A stretch of DNA of 64,000 nt from Phenylobacterium sp. (GTDB taxonomy: Bacteria; Pseudomonadota; Alphaproteobacteria; Caulobacterales; Caulobacteraceae): contig NZ_JANMBF010000116.1 in assembly GCF_031360265.1 (NCBI RefSeq), positions 3,839 to 67,838 of the forward strand, in the 5' to 3' direction. A model generated the notes under the pieces. That model made no database searches, was not told the origin of the DNA, and was given only the letters and a program-made list of their open reading frames with translations. The translations under genes and the position numbers were made by a program. Positions 57,633-64,000 of the stretch are shown piece after piece. Each line of letters begins with the position of its first letter. Within the stretch, counting starts at the first letter, position 1.

Positions 57633-59453
57633 ATGCGCGCCCCCATCCTCGCCCTGAAGGACGTTCGCCTGGCGGACGGTCCGCTGATGCTGTTCGACGG
57701 GGTCGATCTGGCCCTGGACGCCCGCGTGCGCGCCTGTCTGGTGGGGCGCAACGGGGCGGGCAAGTCGACGCTGTTGCGCATCCTGGCCGGGCAGATCGAG
57801 CCGGACGGCGGCGACCGGGCGATCACACCGGGCGCGCGGATCGCCTTCGTGCCGCAGGAACCGGAGATCACCGGCGCCACCCTGCTCGACTACGCCACCG
57901 CAGGCGGGGCGAAGGACTATCGGGCGCAGGCCCGGCTGAGCGACTTCGGGCTCGACCCAGGCAAGGCGGCGGAGGGGCTCTCCGGCGGGGAGATCCGTCG
58001 CGCGGCGCTGGCCCGGGCCTTCGCCGAGGACGCCGACGTGATCCTGCTGGACGAACCCACCAACCACCTGGACATCCTGGCCATCGAGACGCTGGAGGAG
58101 GAACTGGCGGCGTCGAAGGCCGCGGCCCTGATCGTCAGCCATGACCGGGCGTTCCTGGAGCGGGTGACCCGGCGCTGCTTCTGGCTGGAATACCGGCTGG
58201 TCAAGCGGCTGGACGAGGGGTTCGCGGGCTTCGAGGGCTGGGCTGAGAAGATTGCCGCGCAGGAGGCCGAGGAGGCCCGGCGCCTGGATCGCTATATCCA
58301 GCGCGAGGCCCACTGGATGGCCCGCGGCGTCACCGCGCGCCGCGCCCGCAACGAGGGCCGCAAGCGACGCCTGGAAAGCCTGCGCCAGGACAAGGCCGAC
58401 CGGCTGAAGGACACCCGCAAGGAACTCAACATGGGGCTGGCCAGCTCCGGGGTCTCAGGCAAGCGGGTGGTCGAGGCCAAGGGCGTCAGCAAGGCGTTCG
58501 GCGACCGGGTGCTGCTGAAGGACTTCTCCACCCGCATCCTGCGCGGCGATCGGGTGGCGGTGGTCGGGCCGAACGGGGCCGGCAAGACCACACTGGTCAA
58601 GCTGCTGCTGGGCCAGATCCCCGCCGACTCCGGCGAGGTCAAGCTGGGGACCAATCTGGAGATCAGCTATATCGACCAGGCGCGCGCGGCGCTGTCGCCG
58701 GAGATGACCCTTCGCGAGGTGCTCCTGCCCAAGGGCGGCGACCAGATCCTGGTGCGCGGCGAGCCCCGCCACATCGTGTCCTACGCCAAGGACTTCCTGT
58801 TTTCCGAGGCGCAGCTGCGCCAGCCGGTGCGCAGCCTGTCGGGCGGCGAACGCAATCGCCTGCTGCTGGCCCGCGCGCTCGCCAACCCGGCCAATGTGCT
58901 GGTGCTGGACGAGCCGACCAACGACCTCGACATGGACACCCTCGACCTCCTGGAAGACCTGCTGGCCGACTATGAGGGGACGCTGATCCTGGTCAGCCAC
59001 GACCGCGACTTCATCGACCGGCTGGCGACCTCGACCATCGGGCTGGACGGCGCGGGCCGCACCATCGAGACGCCGGGCGGCTGGCAGGACTTCATCTCGC
59101 AGAATCCGGGGTTCTTCACCCACCTGCCGATTGCCGCCTTCGCGACGAGCCCCAAGTCGGCCGCCAAGGCGACCTTGGCGCCGGCGGCCAGGCCGGAACC
59201 GCCCCGCTCGGCGAAGCTCAGCTTCAAGGACCAGCGCCGGCTCTTGGAACTGGAAACCCTGATCGCCGAGGCGCCCGGAAAGATGGCGGCCCTGGAGGCC
59301 AGGCTGGCCGACCCGGGCCTCTATGGCCGCGACCCGGCCGGCTTCCAGCGGTTGAGCCGCGAGCTCGACGCGGCGCGCGCGGGCCTGGCCGCGGCGGAGG
59401 AAGACTGGCTGGTCCTTGAAGGCCGCCGCGAGGCCCTGCAAACCGGCCGCTGA
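57633..59453 (+). CDS. uup: ABC-F family ATP-binding protein (Uup-like)
   Basis: Two ABC cassettes (GRNGAGKST/LSGGE, GPNGAGKTT/LSGGE) and a KLSFKDQR coiled-coil tail; no TM segments. Confidence 0.88.
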   Translation: MRAPILALKDVRLADGPLMLFDGVDLALDARVRACLVGRNGAGKSTLLRILAGQIEPDGGDRAITPGARIAFVPQEPEITGATLLDYATAGGAKDYRAQARLSDFGLDPGKAAEGLSGGEIRRAALARAFAEDADVILLDEPTNHLDILAIETLEEELAASKAAALIVSHDRAFLERVTRRCFWLEYRLVKRLDEGFAGFEGWAEKIAAQEAEEARRLDRYIQREAHWMARGVTARRARNEGRKRRLESLRQDKADRLKDTRKELNMGLASSGVSGKRVVEAKGVSKAFGDRVLLKDFSTRILRGDRVAVVGPNGAGKTTLVKLLLGQIPADSGEVKLGTNLEISYIDQARAALSPEMTLREVLLPKGGDQILVRGEPRHIVSYAKDFLFSEAQLRQPVRSLSGGERNRLLLARALANPANVLVLDEPTNDLDMDTLDLLEDLLADYEGTLILVSHDRDFIDRLATSTIGLDGAGRTIETPGGWQDFISQNPGFFTHLPIAAFATSPKSAAKATLAPAARPEPPRSAKLSFKDQRRLLELETLIAEAPGKMAALEARLADPGLYGRDPAGFQRLSRELDAARAGLAAAEEDWLVLEGRREALQTGR

Positions 59454-59619
59454 AGGCTCAGGGTCGCTTTCCTGTGGATTGTTTTCAGCTCTGAATCGCT
59501 TTTGGAAATTGGCGCGACGTCCCAGGTTGTCCACCGGATATGCACCGGGTTTGCTCCGCCCACGCACATGGGGACCCAATCTCTCGCTTGCCGGATTTCG
59601 GGTTCGGGAGCACCGTTCA

Positions 59620-59872
59620 CTTGCCGAGAGGGACTGCGGCGCGGGCGGACGGAGAGGCCGGAAACGGCGGACCCAGAAGCCAAGGCGAGCAGGAGGTTTT
59701 TGAGCCGTAGGACCGGGGCGACCCGGGACAAACGACTGAGAGACACCGGCCGCGACGGAAAACCAGCGAGCTTGCTCGCCAACCGAAGGCGCGATCGACC
59801 TGGAAGGCACAGATCCCCCAACGGATCTGGATGAGAGGGCGGAGCCCCGGGCAACCGGAGCGCCGCCCTCTT
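59620..59872 (+). ncRNA. Candidate structured non-coding RNA
   Basis: Hairpins with GAAA (59657-59668), GCGA (59713-59726), CUUG (59766-59779) and GCAA (59847-59858) tetraloops, plus stems 59810-59829 and 59834-59871; no credible ORF. Confidence 0.6.
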
Positions 59873-59873
59873 G

Positions 59874-59907
59874 CTATGGGCGTCTTCCAACTATGGGCGT
59901 CTTCCAA
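59874..59907. repeat. Perfect 17-bp tandem duplication
   Basis: CTATGGGCGTCTTCCAA x2. Confidence 0.95.
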
Positions 59908-59955
59908 CCTGGGCCAGACCGCCCTAGGTTCGCGAGGCTCAGTCGGGGAGTCTCC

Positions 59956-60945
59956 ATGCAAGCCTTGCGTCTCATCGTCGCCGTCGCCGTCGCGGCCCTG
60001 GCCTGCGCCTGTTCGCCGAAGGAGGAGGTCGCCAAGACGCCGGGGCTGACCCCCATCCGCTTCGCCACCGACTGGCGGGCCCAGGCCGAGCAGGGCGGGT
60101 TCTATGAGGCGCTGGCCAACGGCGAATACGCCCGCCGTGGCCTGGCCGTGACGATCCTGCAGGGCGGGCCGGGCGTGAACGTGCCGCAGCTGCTGGCGGC
60201 CGGATCGGTGGACCTGGGCATGGGCTCCAACAGCTTCATCGTCATGAACCTCGCCCAGGAGCGGGTGCCGGTGAAGGCGGTGGCGGCAATCTTCCAGAAG
60301 GACCCGCAGGTGCTGATCGCCCACCCTGACGCCGGCGTCGAGACGCTGGCCGACCTGAAGGGCCACCCGATCCTGCTGGGCGACGCCTCGATCACCGCCT
60401 TCTGGGTGTGGCTGAAGGCCAAGTATGGCTTCACCGACGATCAGGTGCGCAAATACACCTTCAACAACGGCCCGTTCCTCGCCGACAAGCGCGCCGCCCA
60501 GCAGGGCTATCTGACCTCGGAGCCCTATACTCTGGAGAAGCAGGCGGGGCTGAAGCCCGAGGTGTTCCTGCTGGCCGACAACGGCTACCCCGGATACGCC
60601 AACATGATCCTGGCGCCTGACGCCCTGATCGCCAGCAATCCGGCGGCGGTGAAGGCCTTCGTCGAGGCCAGCGCCAAGGGCTGGAAGGACTATCTCAACG
60701 GCGACCCCAGGCCCGCCGACGCCCTGATCCTGAAGGACAATCCGGACATGACCCAGGACGTGCTCGACCAGGCCCGCGCCAAGCTGAAGTCCTATGCCAT
60801 CGTCGAGAGCCGCGACGGGGGGGCTATCGGGGCGATGACCGACGCGCGCTGGAAGACCTTTATCGACATGGCGACGAGCCAGGGGGTCTATCCTAAGACG
60901 CTTGACGGCCGGGCGGCCTACACGCTGCGGTTCCTCGGCAAGTGA
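59956..60945 (+). CDS. ABC transporter substrate-binding lipoprotein (NMT1/THI5-like)
   Basis: Lipobox LACAC, DWRAQAEQGGFY, GYLTSEPY. Confidence 0.85.
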   Translation: MQALRLIVAVAVAALACACSPKEEVAKTPGLTPIRFATDWRAQAEQGGFYEALANGEYARRGLAVTILQGGPGVNVPQLLAAGSVDLGMGSNSFIVMNLAQERVPVKAVAAIFQKDPQVLIAHPDAGVETLADLKGHPILLGDASITAFWVWLKAKYGFTDDQVRKYTFNNGPFLADKRAAQQGYLTSEPYTLEKQAGLKPEVFLLADNGYPGYANMILAPDALIASNPAAVKAFVEASAKGWKDYLNGDPRPADALILKDNPDMTQDVLDQARAKLKSYAIVESRDGGAIGAMTDARWKTFIDMATSQGVYPKTLDGRAAYTLRFLGK

Positions 60946-60975
60946 GCCGGCGCGCCGGCGGTCGCGTGGAGTAGG

Positions 60976-61815
60976 ATGCGAAGCATGGCAGACATCGGCC
61001 CGTCCAGCCGGACTCGTGCGGGCCTTGAGTGGCGCCCGCATCGCCCGGTGACCGAGATCGCGCGAGCGACGCCGCGGGAGGTCGCCATCGGCCTGTCCTT
61101 CGACGGCCGGCCCCATACCGTGCTGATGGCGACGCCCGACAACCTGGAAGAGCTGGCCGTCGGCTTCACGGTGACCGAGGCGATCGCGACCTATGCCGAT
61201 CTCCTGGCGGTGACCGTCGAGGCGGCCGCCGAGGGGGTGCTGGTCGATGTCCGCCTGGCGCCGTCGTCGCGGACGCGCCGCCTCCGGCCACGCACCCTGG
61301 AGGGCCGCTCAAGCTGCGGCCTCTGTGGCGTGCAGCGGCTGGCCGACGCGGTGCGGCCGCTGCCGGCCGTGGTCAGCCGCCAAAGTTTCCGGCCCGCCGC
61401 CATCGAGCGCGCGGTGGCCGAGCTCGGGGGACGCCAGCCGCTGGGACGCCTGACGCGGGCCACCCACGCCGCGGGCTTCGCCTTCGCCGACGGAAGTCTG
61501 GGACCAGTGCTCGAGGACGTCGGCCGTCACAACGCGCTGGACAAGCTGGCCGGCGCCCTGCTGCGCGCCGGGACCGACCCGGCGGGCGGCTTCGTGGTGG
61601 TCACCAGCCGCTGCTCGTTCGAGATGGTCGAGAAGACCGCGCGGATCGGCTGTCCGATGCTGGTGGCGATCTCCGCGCCCACCGACCTGGCGATCCAGCG
61701 GGCCGACAGCGCCGGCCTGACCCTGGTCGCCCTGGCCCGCGACGACGGCCATACGGTGTTCAGCCATCCCGAGCGCCTGGGTCTGGTCGCAACGGATCTG
61801 GCGGAGGCGATCTGA
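60976..61815 (+). CDS. fdhD: Formate dehydrogenase accessory sulfurtransferase
   Basis: VLMATPDNLEELAVGF, SSCGLCG, EDVGRHNALDKL, SRCSFEMVEK. Confidence 0.93.
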   Translation: MRSMADIGPSSRTRAGLEWRPHRPVTEIARATPREVAIGLSFDGRPHTVLMATPDNLEELAVGFTVTEAIATYADLLAVTVEAAAEGVLVDVRLAPSSRTRRLRPRTLEGRSSCGLCGVQRLADAVRPLPAVVSRQSFRPAAIERAVAELGGRQPLGRLTRATHAAGFAFADGSLGPVLEDVGRHNALDKLAGALLRAGTDPAGGFVVVTSRCSFEMVEKTARIGCPMLVAISAPTDLAIQRADSAGLTLVALARDDGHTVFSHPERLGLVATDLAEAI

Positions 61816-64000
61816 TGGCGGAACGATCCATTCCAGGCGTCCGCCGCTATGACGCCGCGGCTGGCGGCTGGGGCGCCCTGAAGGCCGTGGGACATGCGCT
61901 GACCGATCAGAAGACCGTGGTCGAGGGCGGCCGCAGCCTGCTGCACGCCAACCAGCCCGACGGCTTCGACTGCCCCGGCTGCGCCTGGCCCGATCCGAAG
62001 CACGCCTCGTCCTTCGAGTTCTGCGAGAACGGCGCCAAGGCCGTCGCCTGGGAGGCGACCCGCAAGCGGGCCACGCCGGAGCTGTTCGCCACCCATACCC
62101 TGACTGAGCTGCGCGGCTGGAGCGACCATGCGCTGGAAGACGCCGGGCGGCTGACCGAGCCGATGGCCTATGACACCGACACCGACCGCTATGTGGCGAT
62201 CGACTGGGCGGACGCCTACAGGCGGGTGGCGGCCGGGCTGAAGGCGCTGGAGCATCCGAACCAGGCGGAATTCTACGCGTCGGGCCGGGCCTCCAACGAA
62301 GCGGCGTTTCTCTACCAGCTGCTCGGCCGCCGCTTCGGCACCAACAATTTCCCCGACTGCTCGAACATGTGCCACGAGCCCACCAGCGTGGCCCTGCCCG
62401 ACGCCATCGGGGCCGGCAAGGGCTCGGTGACGCTGGAGGATTTCGACGAAGCAGACCTGATCTTAAGCTTCGGCCACAATCCCGGCACCAACCACCCGCG
62501 GATGATGACCACCCTGCGCGACGCCGCGCGGCGGGGCGCCGCGATCCTGGTGTTCAACCCGCTCCGGGAGCGGGCGCTAGAGCGCTTCGCCTCGCCGCAG
62601 GATCCGCTGGAGATGGCGACGCTTGGCGCCACGCACATCGCCTCGCGGTACTATCAGGTGCGGATCGGTGGCGACGCGGCCGTGCTGCAAGGCATGATGA
62701 AGGCGCTGATCACCGCGGACGTGAGCGCGCGGGCCGCCGGCGACTCCCCAGTGCTCGACCATGCCTTCATCGCCGAGCACACTCGCGGATTCGCGGACCT
62801 GGCCGCCCGGCTCGAACAGCTGACGTGGCCGGATATCGAGGCGCGGTCGGGCCTGGGGCGGGCGGCGATCGAGGAGGCGGCCCAGATCTACGCGACCTCG
62901 CGGGCGGCCATCCTCTGCTACGGCATGGGCCTGACGCAGCACCGAAACGCCTCGTCCACGGTGCATCAGATCGTCAACCTGCTGCTGCTGCGCGGCAATA
63001 TCGGGCGGCCCGGCGCGGGGATCTGTCCGCTGCGCGGCCACTCCAACGTGCAGGGCGACCGCACCGTCGGCCTCTGGGAAAAGCCTTCCGAGGCGTTTCT
63101 GGCGTCGATGGATGCGACCTTCGGCTTCCGCTCGCCGCGCGAGCACGGGCACACCGTGGTGCAGGCGATCGGCGCGATGGAGGACGGCCGGTGCAAGCTG
63201 TTCGTCGGCCTGGGCGGCAATTTCGCCGTCGCCGCACCCGATCCCTTGCGCACCTTCGCGGCGCTTCGGCGGCTGGACATGACCGTCCACGTCGCCACCA
63301 AGCTGAACCGCACCCACCTCTTGCCCGGCCGCCAGAGCCTCTTGCTGCCATGCCTGGGCCGCACCGAGTTCGACCGCCAGGCCGGCGGGGCCCAGTCGGT
63401 GACCGTGGAAGACTCCATGTCGATGGTCCACGCCTCGCGCGGCCTCAACGCGCCGGCCTCGCCGGGCCTTCGGTCCGAACCCGCCATCGTCGCCGGCATC
63501 GCAGCGGCGCTGTTTGGAGCGACCGACCCGGTGGACTGGGCCGCCCTGACCGCCGACTACGACCGCATCCGCGACCTGATCGAAGCGGTCCTGCCCGAGC
63601 AGTTCGGCGACTACAACGCCAGGATCCGCGTGCCCGGCGGCTTCCGGCTGCCGGTGGGGCCGTCGCAGCGGATCTGGAAGACCGCCAGCGGCAAGGCCAA
63701 CTTCCTGCCCTATGAGGCGGACACCGACGCGCCTGACCTGTCGGATCCGGCGATCCTGCTGCTCACCACGCTGCGCAGCCACGACCAGTACAACACCACC
63801 ATCTATGGCAGCGATGATCGCTACCGCGGGGTGTTCGGCCGCCGCGACGTGGTGTTCGCCAACGCCCAGGACCTGGCCAGCCGGGGTCTGGCCGACGGCG
63901 ACGCGATCGACCTGCACGCGGCGTTCGACACCGGCGGGGAGCGAGTGCTGCGCGGCTTTACGGCCGTGGCGCGCGACCTGCCCCCGGGCTGCCTGGCGGC
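61815..64000 (+). CDS. FdhF/YdeP family molybdopterin oxidoreductase (runs off the window end)
   Basis: AGGWGAL, DGFDCPGCAWP, EFCENGAK, NNFPDCSNMCHE, LRGHSNVQGDRT, TLRSHDQYNTT; open to 64000. Confidence 0.92.
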   Translation, partial: MAERSIPGVRRYDAAAGGWGALKAVGHALTDQKTVVEGGRSLLHANQPDGFDCPGCAWPDPKHASSFEFCENGAKAVAWEATRKRATPELFATHTLTELRGWSDHALEDAGRLTEPMAYDTDTDRYVAIDWADAYRRVAAGLKALEHPNQAEFYASGRASNEAAFLYQLLGRRFGTNNFPDCSNMCHEPTSVALPDAIGAGKGSVTLEDFDEADLILSFGHNPGTNHPRMMTTLRDAARRGAAILVFNPLRERALERFASPQDPLEMATLGATHIASRYYQVRIGGDAAVLQGMMKALITADVSARAAGDSPVLDHAFIAEHTRGFADLAARLEQLTWPDIEARSGLGRAAIEEAAQIYATSRAAILCYGMGLTQHRNASSTVHQIVNLLLLRGNIGRPGAGICPLRGHSNVQGDRTVGLWEKPSEAFLASMDATFGFRSPREHGHTVVQAIGAMEDGRCKLFVGLGGNFAVAAPDPLRTFAALRRLDMTVHVATKLNRTHLLPGRQSLLLPCLGRTEFDRQAGGAQSVTVEDSMSMVHASRGLNAPASPGLRSEPAIVAGIAAALFGATDPVDWAALTADYDRIRDLIEAVLPEQFGDYNARIRVPGGFRLPVGPSQRIWKTASGKANFLPYEADTDAPDLSDPAILLLTTLRSHDQYNTTIYGSDDRYRGVFGRRDVVFANAQDLASRGLADGDAIDLHAAFDTGGERVLRGFTAVARDLPPGCLA

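Noticed and set aside
59874-59907. Short tandem repeats as a CRISPR remnant
   Set aside because: Two abutting copies with no spacers and no cas genes

Overview
A very GC-rich alphaproteobacterial chromosome segment, most consistent with Caulobacteraceae (Caulobacter/Phenylobacterium-like), judged from the pepN-pleC and glnE-TCS-degP-ccm gene order, a PEPxxWA protein and the repeat types. It is mostly core genes: petABC, trmL, hemF, cca operon, SDR/acyl-CoA dehydrogenases, pepN, pleC, glnE, degP, ccmIEFH, two OmpR-type two-component systems, a DnaJ-family gene, uup and fdhD-ydeP. Small accessory insertions include two vapBC modules, a TIR-TPR gene, a PEP-CTERM gene, three palindromic repeats and pseudogene remnants. 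The top candidate for an undescribed system is a three-gene unit at 26685-30090. It encodes a large precursor-like protein with duplicated Ser/Thr-Pro motifs, a stand-alone HopA1/OspF-like phospho-Ser/Thr lyase candidate, and a fusion of an RRE-like domain, a Ser/Thr kinase and a degenerate LanC-like domain. This looks like a split lanthipeptide-type modification system that has lost its cyclase. Other notable items are a PleC with no periplasmic domain, a TIR gene whose apparent start codon is ATC, a ~250-nt tetraloop-rich candidate ncRNA after uup, and a palindromic element flanked by TAG at a regulator/kinase junction. No rRNA, tRNA, CRISPR array or transposase was recognised. All family assignments come from motif reading and recall, not from database searches.
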